DNA of 64,000 nucleotides from NCBI GenBank assembly GCA_044356295.1, contig JBIKWN010000003.1:63580-127579 (forward strand), written 5' to 3'. The notes beneath the pieces were generated by a model. It saw only the letters and a program-made list of their open reading frames with translations. It was not told the DNA's origin and ran no database searches. Each line of letters begins with the position of its first letter. Position 1 is the first letter of the stretch. This DNA is from Bdellovibrionota bacterium. Lineage in GTDB: Bacteria; Bdellovibrionota_C; UBA2361; JBIKWN01. Made by a program: the position numbers and the translations under genes. Below are positions 28,049 through 37,766 of this stretch, in pieces.

Positions 28049-29596
28049 CTAAGCGTTACGGTCCTGAGTACCATTTTGCAACAGGAAGTTTTGTAGTCCA
28101 GAGAAAAGTTCTCTATCACTAATCAGCCTAGGCACCTTGTGTTGCCCACCATACTTGCCACGTGACTTCATCCAAGAAACAAATGTTCCAGGCGGAACTA
28201 ATCGAAGTTTTGGCGGATTAAGACCAAATCCTTTAGCTCTATGACCATCATAATCTTCATTAAGACTGCAAAGTTCTTGATCAATTGTATCTAAGAAAGC
28301 TTTTTGAGAAGCCTCTGAGTTAAGAAGTCCTTTAGAAAGTTCAACAATATAGAGATGTCCACCAAGGTCACCTGGCTTCTCGGGATAGAGTGCACCAACT
28401 GAGTATTCATTGATACTCACATCAGTTTTTTGGCAAGCAAGCTGAAGTGCTTTTTCAATCTCTTCAGCAATTAAATGCTCACCAAAAGCCGAAAGAGAAT
28501 AAGAAGTGCGCCCTGTTATCAGTAAACGTGGGTTCCTAACATCAACAAATTTTACGGTATCACCAAGAACATAACTCCAAAGTCCGGAACAAGAAGAAAG
28601 TACAATTGCATAGTTAATATCTGGTTCAATAGTTTTTACCCAATGGCGCGTTGGGCGATCGCTTGCTAGCTCGGATAGTGGGACAAACTCAAAGAAAATA
28701 TCATTATCTGTATTTAATCGAAGCCCCTCACCAAAACCTCTATCAGCGCTTGCTATAAATCCTTCACTTGCAGGATATACTTCTCGAAGATCTATTGTAG
28801 TACTACCTATAATATCAAGAAATGTTTGTCGGTAAGGAGTAAAGTTCACTCCACCGTGAACGAGAAGCTCAAGATTGGGATATACTTCTTTTAAAGTTTT
28901 TTTACCGGTAATTGAAAATAGTTTTTCAAAAAAAATAAGAAGCCAACTCGGAACTCCACTGATCATCCGTATATCTGTTTTCAATGACGCATTGGCAAGA
29001 ATTTCAATTTTCTCTTCCCAGTTTTTTAAAAGAGCTAACTCCTTAGGGGGGAAATATCTTTTTTCAATATACCAAGGCAGAGTCTTCACTGCGATCCCAC
29101 TTAAGTCTCCCGCAAAAATACCTTGCGATACTTCATTGAGCTCGGTGCTGCCACCAAGCATAAAATTCATTCCTCCAAAAAGTGCCGATGAAGATGAACG
29201 AAGAACATGAAAAGAAAGCATATCAAGCCCTGCTTTCGTATTGGAACGAATCATTTCATGAGTAATAGGAATGTATTTTGTAGTACCTGAAGTAGTGCCA
29301 GAAGAAAGAGCAAAAAACGGCACAGTTCCAGGCCACGTAACATCTTTTAAGACAGGATACGCATTCTTCCAGTATTCATTCCAAAAAGATTCATAGTTCC
29401 TAAGCGGAACAGCGCTTTGAAATGTTTCAACATTTCGAATTTTTGTAAAACTATGATCTCTTCCAAATTTTGTTTCTTGAGCTTTTCGTAGAAGTCGATC
29501 AAGAACTTTTGCCTGCGTAGTCGCAGGATCCATTCTGGAAAAAAAAGAGCCTCTGTATGAGGCATACATGTTGAGTACAGGCGTAAGATTTAACAA
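28049..29596 (-). CDS. GH3 family acyl-acid amido synthetase-like protein
   Basis: FALSSGTTSG.TKYIP, HGGVNF.PY, EVYPASEGF, GLWSYVLGDTV, AFGEHL and GGQHKVPRL motifs. Confidence 0.92.
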   Translation of the reverse strand: MLNLTPVLNMYASYRGSFFSRMDPATTQAKVLDRLLRKAQETKFGRDHSFTKIRNVETFQSAVPLRNYESFWNEYWKNAYPVLKDVTWPGTVPFFALSSGTTSGTTKYIPITHEMIRSNTKAGLDMLSFHVLRSSSSALFGGMNFMLGGSTELNEVSQGIFAGDLSGIAVKTLPWYIEKRYFPPKELALLKNWEEKIEILANASLKTDIRMISGVPSWLLIFFEKLFSITGKKTLKEVYPNLELLVHGGVNFTPYRQTFLDIIGSTTIDLREVYPASEGFIASADRGFGEGLRLNTDNDIFFEFVPLSELASDRPTRHWVKTIEPDINYAIVLSSCSGLWSYVLGDTVKFVDVRNPRLLITGRTSYSLSAFGEHLIAEEIEKALQLACQKTDVSINEYSVGALYPEKPGDLGGHLYIVELSKGLLNSEASQKAFLDTIDQELCSLNEDYDGHRAKGFGLNPPKLRLVPPGTFVSWMKSRGKYGGQHKVPRLISDRELFSGLQNFLLQNGTQDRNA

Positions 29597-29616
29597 AGAA
29601 TGAGTTCCTTGATGAA

Positions 29617-29904
29617 CTATGCAGCTGCACCAGTAAAGTTAAGAGCAACTGAAGTTTCAGAATTACCAACATAAAAGATAACAGTATCCCCTCTCCCTTG
29701 AACAATCCTAGTGCTTATCTTCATTAACTCATCTCTGTCTTCAGCATGATTTTTTACGATAGCTCTACGAGGGAAGATGGAGTCAGAAGGCCAATCAACA
29801 TCCGACAATTCAACCCACTCAGAGGCATACATTTCTTTGATTTGGGACCACAAAAGCCGCTTTGAGAAAGGAAGAATTGATTTCATAATGGTCGAATATA
29901 TCAT
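29617..29904 (-). CDS. Small hypothetical protein (DUF5678-like)
   Basis: WSQIKEMYASEWV..V..HAEDRDEL..VIFYVG pattern; family assignment tentative. Confidence 0.5.
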   Translation of the reverse strand: MIYSTIMKSILPFSKRLLWSQIKEMYASEWVELSDVDWPSDSIFPRRAIVKNHAEDRDELMKISTRIVQGRGDTVIFYVGNSETSVALNFTGAAA

Positions 29905-29967
29905 AATTTCTCGATTTAATTCATAATTTTTTTTAAGATAGCTAACTCCCCCTTTTTTTAACCATTT

Positions 29968-31275
29968 ATGAGCAAAATCAAGAATATTTCAGGGTTTCCT
30001 GAATGGCTTCCAGAAGAAAAACTTCTTGAGGACAAAATAATTTCGACCATAAAACGGGTCTATGAAAGTTTTGGGTTTTCTCCGATCGAAACACCGGCGG
30101 TAGAGCTAAAAAGCACACTATCTTCAAAAGGTGTTATAGATAAAGAGATCTATCTACTACGTCGAGCCCTCAAAGACCCTAATGAGCCTGATAGCGAAGA
30201 GCTTGCGCTACACTTTGATCTGACAGTTCCATTTGCACGCTACACTGCACAACACTTAAATGACTTAGTATTTCCTTTTAAACGGTACCAACTCCAAAAA
30301 GTTTGGCGCGGAGAGCGCCCACAAAAAGGTCGATTCAGGGAATTTTATCAATTTGATATTGATACTGTTGCCCGTGATGTACTGCCGCTAGCAGCAGACG
30401 CAGAGATAATAAATGCAATTCATACTGTGTTTAAAAAAATTGATATCGGAACTTTTCTTGTCCGAATCAATAATAGAAAGGTCTTACTTGGACTGTATCA
30501 ATCTCTGAATCTTTCTTCAGAGCAACAGAAAGAAACAATCAGGATCGTTGATAAATTAGATAAAATTGGAGAAGACGGCATTAGAAAAGAATTATGCTCA
30601 ATTCTTCCTAATAAAGAAGAAGCAATTGAAACAATTATTTCATATACAAAAGTAAGAGTTGCTCCGTCTGCTGTCCAAAGCTCTCTCGATACTTTTTCGT
30701 GCACTGACCCTTTATTTATCGAAGGGAGAAAGGAATTAGAAACACTCATTTCTCTTCTTCCCTCTGAGAATATAGAGTTCGATCTGAGCCTTGCCAGAGG
30801 GCTCGACTATTATACTGGTACTATTTTTGAAGTGTCTCTTCCATCCCATCCCGAGTTCGGAACCGTCTCTTCGGGAGGTAGGTACGAAGACCTCGCAGGG
30901 CAGTTTACGAACCAAAAGCTTCCTGGTGTGGGTGGATCCGTTGGGCTTTCAAGGCTTATGGGGCTTATATTGGATAAAAACCTTATTACTAAAGGCCGGG
31001 CTTCTCCGACCGATATACTTATTACGGTTTTTGATGAGTCACAAAGGGTTGAGCTTCAACAGATAGCCAGTATGCTTAGAGAAAGAAATTACTGTGTTGA
31101 AGTATATCCAGCCTCCCCAAAACTTGGGAAACAGATAGAATATGCTGATAAGAAAGGGATACCTTTTGTTTTCTTTAAAAATAACGACTCAAACGAAATG
31201 CGTTTAAAGACTTTAGCTACCAAAGAAGAGAGAATTTTTTCTTCAGTTGAAGATTTCCTAAAAGCCTTTCCATAA
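29968..31275 (+). CDS. hisS: Histidine--tRNA ligase
   Basis: SGFPEWLP, FDLTVPFARY, VWRGERPQKGRFREFYQFD, LARGLDYYTG and GGRYEDL motifs. Confidence 0.98.
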   Translation: MSKIKNISGFPEWLPEEKLLEDKIISTIKRVYESFGFSPIETPAVELKSTLSSKGVIDKEIYLLRRALKDPNEPDSEELALHFDLTVPFARYTAQHLNDLVFPFKRYQLQKVWRGERPQKGRFREFYQFDIDTVARDVLPLAADAEIINAIHTVFKKIDIGTFLVRINNRKVLLGLYQSLNLSSEQQKETIRIVDKLDKIGEDGIRKELCSILPNKEEAIETIISYTKVRVAPSAVQSSLDTFSCTDPLFIEGRKELETLISLLPSENIEFDLSLARGLDYYTGTIFEVSLPSHPEFGTVSSGGRYEDLAGQFTNQKLPGVGGSVGLSRLMGLILDKNLITKGRASPTDILITVFDESQRVELQQIASMLRERNYCVEVYPASPKLGKQIEYADKKGIPFVFFKNNDSNEMRLKTLATKEERIFSSVEDFLKAFP

Positions 31276-31302
31276 AAAAACAGCATTAGATATTTACAAA
31301 TT

Positions 31303-33123
31303 ATGGTAAACGCAGACGAGAGTACGACAGGAAAGTCCTTCAGGGAGCTGACACGCGCTGCATGGGAAGCTACGGTAACTGAACGATTTCGACTCTTTTT
31401 ATTTATTATCCTTTTTATTATTGCTTACTCCATAGATCTTTTAGTGCCGTGGGCAATTGGATACACCATAGCTGCGCTTGTTAAGGAAGGATTCACCGAT
31501 GCAGCCTATCAACAAGCGATGCTTGGACTTGCTGTATATACAGGACTACGCTTACTACATACTTTTTTTCACCATATGGGTCGGTATATACAAAATACCG
31601 TTGCTTATACTGCTCGTATGACAACCCTTACAAAGCTGTTTGATACGTTAATGGTATTTCCACTTAATTGGCATGTTCGCCATCACTCCGGTGAATCAAT
31701 AAGTAAAATTCACCGCTCTACTGGTGCTGTTGATCAAACAATTGGAACCTATATCTGGCAGATTATTGAAGGCACCGTAAAAGTTCTGTTTGCAAGTGTT
31801 GCAATCTTTTACCTCGATTTCTGGGTAGCTATTAACGTTATGGTCATGGCGTTTCTTACTATCTTTTTTATGATCTTCTTTAATAAACGGCTTGTTAGTC
31901 GTATACGGAGAAACAATTGGTTTTACGATAAAATTAACCGAATCTGCGTAGATTATCTTTCTAATATTGTCACGGTAAAAACACTAAATCTTGAGCAAGC
32001 AGCAGGTGATTACCTCAAAAAACATCGTGATGATGGATTACAATTAAGCCAAAAAATTTCAAAATATAGCGAGTTAAAATGGGGCTCAACAGGTGTTGGG
32101 TATGCAATTGTTATAACAAGCTCTCTCTATATTTACTTTCAACATCACCGAGCAATTGGTGCTGCGTTTGATGTTCAGGCTCTGTATGTACTGCTGAATT
32201 ATTTAGACAGAATCTATCAAGCGATTGGATCGTTTACTGGTTACTATAGTGGTCTTGTTGAAGCATCAACTGCTTATGAAGACGCCTCTTCAATCATTGC
32301 GCAAGCAGAAGCTCTCAAAAAATCAAAAACTGATTCAAATTTCCGCGGTGACTGGAACTCGATACAGATTCATTCACTAAGTTTTAAATACGGAAAAGAA
32401 GATAAAACTGTTCTTCGTTCAGTAGGTTTTACAATTCATCGAAATGAAAAAATAGCCCTCGTTGGTCCCTCAGGTGGTGGAAAATCGACATTCTTAAAAG
32501 TGATGGGTGGTCTCTTAATCCCGGAAGAATACCAAGTTTCAAGTGATAAAGAAGATTCAATAATGATTGGTGATATTGCTCGAATAAGCCTTCTTGTTCC
32601 CCAAGAGCCGGAGGTTTTTTCTGAATCAGTGCGATACAACCTTACTATGGGGGATGACTATCCAGATGAACTTTTAAAGAAGTTTACTTCTCTTTGTCGG
32701 GTAGATCGAGTCATTGAAAAACTTCCTCTTGGTTTAGAAAATAATTTAGCAGAACGAGGTCTTAACCTCTCAGTGGGTGAAAAACAGCGATTAGCACTAT
32801 GCCGAGGACTCTTAAAAGCAGACTTAAGAGATATCATTCTTTTAGACGAACCTACTTCATCACTCGATCCTCAAACAGAGAAAGATATCTTTGTTGATCT
32901 TCTAAAAGAGTTTCGAAACCGTACAATTATTAGCGCATGTCACCGCCTAGCGCTCGTGCCACTCTTTGATAAAATTATCTACGTTCGGCACGGTGTTATT
33001 GAAGAGGTTGGAACATTTGATGAACTTATTGCAAAACGTGGATCGTTTTATTTAGCTTGGGATGATTTTGAAAAAAGGTTAGTTAAAGATTCAAGCTTTG
33101 ATGGTAGTCAGCAGATAATCTAA
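31303..33123 (+). CDS. ABC exporter, fused permease/ATP-binding protein
   Basis: N-terminal TM helices; GPSGGGKST, LSVGEKQR, LLDEPTSSLD and CHRL motifs. Confidence 0.92.
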   Translation: MVNADESTTGKSFRELTRAAWEATVTERFRLFLFIILFIIAYSIDLLVPWAIGYTIAALVKEGFTDAAYQQAMLGLAVYTGLRLLHTFFHHMGRYIQNTVAYTARMTTLTKLFDTLMVFPLNWHVRHHSGESISKIHRSTGAVDQTIGTYIWQIIEGTVKVLFASVAIFYLDFWVAINVMVMAFLTIFFMIFFNKRLVSRIRRNNWFYDKINRICVDYLSNIVTVKTLNLEQAAGDYLKKHRDDGLQLSQKISKYSELKWGSTGVGYAIVITSSLYIYFQHHRAIGAAFDVQALYVLLNYLDRIYQAIGSFTGYYSGLVEASTAYEDASSIIAQAEALKKSKTDSNFRGDWNSIQIHSLSFKYGKEDKTVLRSVGFTIHRNEKIALVGPSGGGKSTFLKVMGGLLIPEEYQVSSDKEDSIMIGDIARISLLVPQEPEVFSESVRYNLTMGDDYPDELLKKFTSLCRVDRVIEKLPLGLENNLAERGLNLSVGEKQRLALCRGLLKADLRDIILLDEPTSSLDPQTEKDIFVDLLKEFRNRTIISACHRLALVPLFDKIIYVRHGVIEEVGTFDELIAKRGSFYLAWDDFEKRLVKDSSFDGSQQII

Positions 33124-33124
33124 G

Positions 33125-33838
33125 TTACGTGATTCTGAAATCAATTTCTCCATAGATCGCCTGAGTTTTACCATAATAGCAAGCCCATTCTCGATCACCG
33201 TAAGAAAAGTGCCACCATTCAAAATCATACGGTGCAAAACCAGCAGTCATCATCACATGCCGTAGTAGTAATCTATTTTGTTGCTGCAGGACTGAGAGGT
33301 GTTTTGAAACAGGCGGAACTAATTCAAGATTTGAAAGGTCGCCAATGTTTGAGCCCATATCAACTAAACGTTTTTTATCATCGACAAGCATTAGATCAAT
33401 TGCAGCCCCAACAGGATGTCCTCCGACTTCAGGGATTGCCATGTAATGATGCGCGTACTCTTTTTTTTCTATCTCTGACCAATCAGGATGCTCTTCTGAA
33501 ATTCTTTGAAAGAAATCTGCGAAATATTTTTTTTGAATCTCAGGATGGCGATATGCATATGCTACATAAAGATGTAATGAATTGTTTAATTCGTTACTAA
33601 GAGCAGCGAGCTCTCGCTGTGCGTGTAGTAATTTTTCAGCTACACCTTCCCTCGTCCACATACCCCGAGCAATGTATTCTCTAAGCTTTACAGGAGAATC
33701 TCCGCAAAAAAGCCCCTGCTCACTATACCGAGGCTCTGAAAGATCAACTAATGATTCACCGTTATCATGAATCGAAATTGAAACAAGCTCATGATAGCTA
33801 AAACATGTTGTTTGTAGTGTTGGAATTGTAAAGTGCAT
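33125..33838 (-). CDS. D-Ala-D-Ala dipeptidase (VanX/DdpX, M15D)
   Basis: YAYR, GGHPVGAAIDL, DMG, NR.LLR.VM..AGF and EWWHFSYGDREW motifs. Confidence 0.9.
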   Translation of the reverse strand: MHFTIPTLQTTCFSYHELVSISIHDNGESLVDLSEPRYSEQGLFCGDSPVKLREYIARGMWTREGVAEKLLHAQRELAALSNELNNSLHLYVAYAYRHPEIQKKYFADFFQRISEEHPDWSEIEKKEYAHHYMAIPEVGGHPVGAAIDLMLVDDKKRLVDMGSNIGDLSNLELVPPVSKHLSVLQQQNRLLLRHVMMTAGFAPYDFEWWHFSYGDREWACYYGKTQAIYGEIDFRIT

Positions 33839-33840
33839 CT

Positions 33841-34488
33841 CTAATCAATCTTAGTAAATGATAATGGATCTGGTATTTGTTTCTGAATTTCTTCACCTAG
33901 TCGACAATAAGAAACACCTCCTAGTCTTCCAATCGCATTAAGCTCAGAGTACTTCATCCTATCTTTATCATCTAAGAGTCCATGAAGAATATTAATACAA
34001 AGTATTTTTCCAAAAACAACTGTTGCTCCAATCTGATCACCTTCACCAATATCAACACTCTTAAGAAGCTTGCATTCAAACTGTACTTTTGTTTGAGCTA
34101 ATCTTGGAGTTTTAATTTTTACCGGATCAAGAAGTGATAAATTCATACGTGATACTTCACTATCTCCGTAATCAAAAGAGGCAGCGGTATCAACCATCGC
34201 TTCAAATGATTCAAACGGTACCGTATTTACCGTAAACTCATTTCTATGTTCAATATTAATTAAAGTATCTTTTTTTGTACCATCAGGCTTCCTTGCAACA
34301 CTAAACATCAGTGTTGGCGGTTTACTGGTTACCCCGTTAAAGAAGCTATACGGGGCAGCATTGACCGATCCGTCTTGGTTTAGTGTGGTAACCCATGCAA
34401 TTGGTCTAGGAACGATTGTAGAGACCATCAGTTTGTACATAAATAACTGATTCTCAGATTCGGCGGAAAAAGTGTTAAATTTCAACAT
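33841..34488 (-). CDS. Flavin reductase family protein
   Basis: IVPRPIAWVTT, NAAPYSFFN, KDTLINI and IGRLGG motifs. Confidence 0.92.
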   Translation of the reverse strand: MLKFNTFSAESENQLFMYKLMVSTIVPRPIAWVTTLNQDGSVNAAPYSFFNGVTSKPPTLMFSVARKPDGTKKDTLINIEHRNEFTVNTVPFESFEAMVDTAASFDYGDSEVSRMNLSLLDPVKIKTPRLAQTKVQFECKLLKSVDIGEGDQIGATVVFGKILCINILHGLLDDKDRMKYSELNAIGRLGGVSYCRLGEEIQKQIPDPLSFTKID

Positions 34489-34611
34489 GTTACAAATTAT
34501 ATTTAAAATCTAAAATACTGTTTAAAAACTACGAATTCTTTTTAGTATATTTGGCATCATTACTGATAGAAGGAATTGAAGCAAAGCGTAACGTTTTGCG
34601 GATAGGGGGAT

Positions 34612-35532
34612 GTGAATAAGGATTTTTACGAAAATATTCCTGTTGGTACCCATCTTTTTGGTCGGTTTACTTTGCTTGATGTTATAGCCGCAAGCGATCA
34701 GTGTGGTGTTTTTAAAGTTTTAAGCACTTGGGGTGAAACGAAGGGATCTGTTCTAGCTCTTAAAATAACGAGCCTTGAATCATCTACTCTCGAGAATACT
34801 TCAACAAATCAAGCCGAAGAGTTAATCCTCAAAGAAATTCATCTACTTTCAAAAATTAAATCAAAAAAAGTTGTACAGGCAATCGATTGGTTCAAAGATG
34901 ATCTATTCCTTGCCTATTCAATGGAATACATGGCGAATGGTTCTATCGAAAATGTTTTATCTTTCATTTATCAACGACCAGTTATTGAAGCATTGCCGCT
35001 TCTACGGTCTGTTGCAGAGGGGCTTTTCGATATCCACCATGCAGGAATTATTCACCGAGATATAAAACCCCAAAATATTCTTATCTCTGATTCTCATCAA
35101 ATTAAAATCGCCGATTTTGGAATTGCTGAAAGAATGCTTGGGCAAAGAAAAGTTATTAGTGAGCAGATAACAGGAACAATTGATTTTGTAAGTCCTGAAT
35201 ATATCAAAGATGGTGTTTACGATTACAGAAGCGACATATATGCCTGGGGAATATTGAGCTATCTTGCAGTAACAGGGCATGTTCCATTCGAAGATGAATC
35301 TGTTGTAGACGCGCTTTCTCGTAAAGCGAGTGAAGACCCAATTTCTCCGCACTTTTTTAGAAGAGAGATACCGGTGCCTCTTGAACAAGCAATCCTTAAA
35401 GCAATTGCAAGGAATCCGGATGATCGTTTTCAAAGTATGGACGAAGTCCTTGTAGCACTGCAAAAAGTTGAAGCATCGATGAGACGCTACAATAACAATG
35501 GGACGTCCCCAACCACTTTGGAAGCCGCTTAG
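34612..35532 (+). CDS. Hanks-type Ser/Thr protein kinase, cytoplasmic
   Basis: LALK, MEYM, HRDIKPQNIL, IADFG, GTIDFVSPE and SDIYAWG motifs. Confidence 0.9.
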   Translation: MNKDFYENIPVGTHLFGRFTLLDVIAASDQCGVFKVLSTWGETKGSVLALKITSLESSTLENTSTNQAEELILKEIHLLSKIKSKKVVQAIDWFKDDLFLAYSMEYMANGSIENVLSFIYQRPVIEALPLLRSVAEGLFDIHHAGIIHRDIKPQNILISDSHQIKIADFGIAERMLGQRKVISEQITGTIDFVSPEYIKDGVYDYRSDIYAWGILSYLAVTGHVPFEDESVVDALSRKASEDPISPHFFRREIPVPLEQAILKAIARNPDDRFQSMDEVLVALQKVEASMRRYNNNGTSPTTLEAA

Positions 35533-36179
35533 AATTTTTCTTCTTTAAATTTTCGTATATGGCCGTTTAGGGTTACTCGCTCTTTGATATCTTGGCGATT
35601 CTGAATCACTGGAATTACTCGACGATAATGCTCAATTAAATGCGTTAACCTTTCTTTTTCAGATCGCATCTCTAAGAATTGTTGTCTTTGTGCGGCATCA
35701 AATCCAGCGCTATGAGCCAATGCAAATGATGCTCGATCATCAGCACCGAATGTAGGGGTATGCGTTTGATCGCTTGCTAACTCAACAAGTTTAATATGAA
35801 GAGATACAGCTTTACTTCGAAGTGAATGATCTGGTTTTAGTTCTAAATCTTCAAAGTAATCGACCGTTGCTTGAGGATACTCAGCAGTCGCCCCGTCATA
35901 GATTCGAAGAAGATATCGAATCATTCCTCTAACCTGAATATCAAATCGACCGTCTTCGTAACGCTCAAGAACGCGCTCAATCATAACTGAACATCCAATC
36001 GCCTCGAGTTTGCCGTTTTGAACAAGGGTTATACCAAATGAGCCGGCTTGTTGCCCTTTCGATAACACATGCTCAACAAGGGCTTTATACCTTGGCTCAT
36101 AAACATGAAGCGCAATAAGCTCGCCAGGAAAAATAACAAAAGGAAGGACAAAAAGAGGTATTTTTTCAGAAAATCCCAT
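35529..36179 (-). CDS. LON peptidase substrate-binding (N-terminal) domain protein
   Basis: IPLFVL..VIFPGE..LHVYEPRYK, DGRFDI and Q.FLEMRSE.ERL motifs. Confidence 0.88.
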   Translation of the reverse strand: MGFSEKIPLFVLPFVIFPGELIALHVYEPRYKALVEHVLSKGQQAGSFGITLVQNGKLEAIGCSVMIERVLERYEDGRFDIQVRGMIRYLLRIYDGATAEYPQATVDYFEDLELKPDHSLRSKAVSLHIKLVELASDQTHTPTFGADDRASFALAHSAGFDAAQRQQFLEMRSEKERLTHLIEHYRRVIPVIQNRQDIKERVTLNGHIRKFKEEKF

Positions 36180-36236
36180 GAATAATTATAGTGTAGCACT
36201 GTTGGGGATAGGTCGAGAAGCGATATAACTAGTACT

Positions 36237-36794
36237 ATGAAAAAGTCTGTGTTTCTTATAAGTAATTTATTTACTTTAATTTTATCGGTAGCAAACGTAT
36301 CTTCTGAAAATATTCCCGTAAATTTAGATGCTTCCAAGATAACTGTTGATATCCAATCAACCCTTGTTTCAACAACTGCTACCTTAAAAAGGTTTTCTGG
36401 TTATCTTGAAAAAAATGGCTCTGATATTTCAAATGCAAAAGTAGTCCTTGCATCCAAAGGATCTGATGTTGCATTCGCCAAACTTCCTATTGAACAGATG
36501 ATTCTTGTTTCTTCGCTGCTTCAGAGTGTTACAAATGATTCGATTTCATTTGAAAGCCAATCTATTGAACAAGCAAAAGATGGTTATTTATTAAAAGGAA
36601 TAGCTCTATCTGGAAAACACCGCGAACTTATTACGGTTCCAGTTTCAATTTCTAAAGATAAAAAGAGTAATCGGTACACTTTCATCACCCAGTATTCTCG
36701 AGCTGGAAATGTGGGGGGTAAGAATTCCCAGTTTGGCTCGATGCTTGGAAAAGTATCAACAAAAGGAAATTTACAAATTGTTTTTGGTGGGTAA
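36237..36794 (+). CDS. Secreted YceI-like protein
   Basis: Signal peptide; DASKITVDI..FSG..SISFES..YLLKG pattern; tentative. Confidence 0.55.
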   Translation: MKKSVFLISNLFTLILSVANVSSENIPVNLDASKITVDIQSTLVSTTATLKRFSGYLEKNGSDISNAKVVLASKGSDVAFAKLPIEQMILVSSLLQSVTNDSISFESQSIEQAKDGYLLKGIALSGKHRELITVPVSISKDKKSNRYTFITQYSRAGNVGGKNSQFGSMLGKVSTKGNLQIVFGG

Positions 36795-37007
36795 TTTTTT
36801 TCTTAAATTACTTGCTTAAGAAACAGATTTTACATAATACTTTAATATAAGTATTACGATGAATTTCAATCTTTCTTTTTACACATTTTGTTGTTTAAAC
36901 CTCAAGTGTAGCTGCTGCGCTTAGCGCACATATTCATCTTTTTTCCTTTCTATATCTATCTTTACTTTTTTTTATTTTTTTCAATTTTTATATTGGAGTA
37001 TATCTTT

Positions 37008-37226
37008 ATGTATACAGAGCAACTTTTAGACCTAGTCGATTGGTACAATAAACTCGGTTTTCCAACACCACCAGAAATCAAAGATCAAATTGACGAGTTA
37101 AAAGGACACGGACTTGCTACAACGCTGGATAGCCAAGAACGATTTCAATTAGCTCAAGATCTGATTTCGCGCCAAGAGAAAGTTGGGGCACCGATTCCTC
37201 GTTGGAGTAGTACTGAAGAGATTTAA
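37008..37226 (+). CDS. Small hypothetical protein
   Basis: GGAG SD before ATG at 37008; 72 aa. Confidence 0.55.
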   Translation: MYTEQLLDLVDWYNKLGFPTPPEIKDQIDELKGHGLATTLDSQERFQLAQDLISRQEKVGAPIPRWSSTEEI

Positions 37227-37254
37227 TGGATTCTTTAGTTAGGGTGTATAGGTA

Positions 37255-37342
37255 CGGAGAGAGTGGGATTCGAACCCACGTTAGGCTATTAACCTAAACA
37301 CGCTTTCCAAGCGTGCGCCTTCAGCCACTCGGCCATCTCTCC
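37255..37342 (-). tRNA. tRNA-Ser(GGA)
   Basis: GGAGAGA acceptor; CACGC-TTGGAAA-GCGTG anticodon arm; long variable arm; GGTTCGAATCC; CCA not encoded. Confidence 0.96.
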
Positions 37343-37416
37343 TAAATCTTTTTAAAGACGTATGGAAATTCACAGATAACAGTGAACTCACACTGATTTG
37401 GTCTTATCTAAAAAAA

Positions 37417-37490
37417 CGCACCCTGATGGAGTCGAACCAACGACCTTCTGATTCGTAGTCAGATGCTCTATCCAGCTGAGCTAAGGGTGC
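37417..37490 (-). tRNA. tRNA-Arg(ACG)
   Basis: GCACCCT/AGGGTGC acceptor; TCTGA-CTACGAA-TCAGA anticodon arm; GGTTCGACTCC. Confidence 0.95.
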
Positions 37491-37503
37491 GTACAGAGGG
37501 GCA

Positions 37504-37577
37504 ATCATAGCCAATTTACATATTAAACTCAAAGAAACCCTGTAGAGATTGATTTAATCCCCCGTTATAGCTACTCT
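37504..37577. promoter_or_regulatory. Back-to-back sigma70 promoters of the divergent tRNA units
   Basis: Minus: TTGAGT(37532-37527)-17-TATGAT(37509-37504) followed by GC-rich TGCCCC. Plus: TTGATT(37549-37554)-17-TACTCT(37572-37577). Confidence 0.65.
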
Positions 37578-37596
37578 TTCTATCCGAAAAATATAT

Positions 37597-37683
37597 GGAA
37601 GGATGGCCGAGCGGTTGAAGGCACCGGTCTTGAAAACCGGCAATGGAGAAATCTATTCGGGGGTTCGAATCCCTCTCCTTCCG
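37597..37683 (+). tRNA. tRNA-Ser(TGA)
   Basis: GGAAGGA/TCCTTCC acceptor; CCGGT-CTTGAAA-ACCGG; long variable arm; GGTTCGAATCC. Confidence 0.96.
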
Positions 37684-37689
37684 TACTGT

Positions 37690-37759
37690 ATCTTTGGTTC
37701 AACAACTCACGTTGTTGAGGCGGGATCTCTGGTTCAACATCTAGCGTTGTTGAGACGGA
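37690..37759 (+). repeat. Two tandem 35-bp imperfect direct repeats, each with a hairpin
   Basis: ATCTTTGGTTCAACAACTCACGTTGTTGAGGCGGG / ATCTCTGGTTCAACATCTAGCGTTGTTGAGACGGA; 29 of 35 positions identical. Confidence 0.9.
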
Positions 37760-37766
37760 GTTTTCT

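Noticed and set aside
33125..33838. Vancomycin-resistance cluster
   Set aside because: Lone VanX/DdpX-type dipeptidase without vanH/vanA/vanRS; housekeeping peptide recycling is more likely.
36794..37255. Integrated element at the tRNA-Ser(GGA) 3' end
   Set aside because: No integrase and no duplicated tRNA 3' end (att site) noticed in the window.
37690..37759. Possible mini-CRISPR array
   Set aside because: Only two abutting units with no spacer, inside a tRNA operon, and no cas genes in the window.
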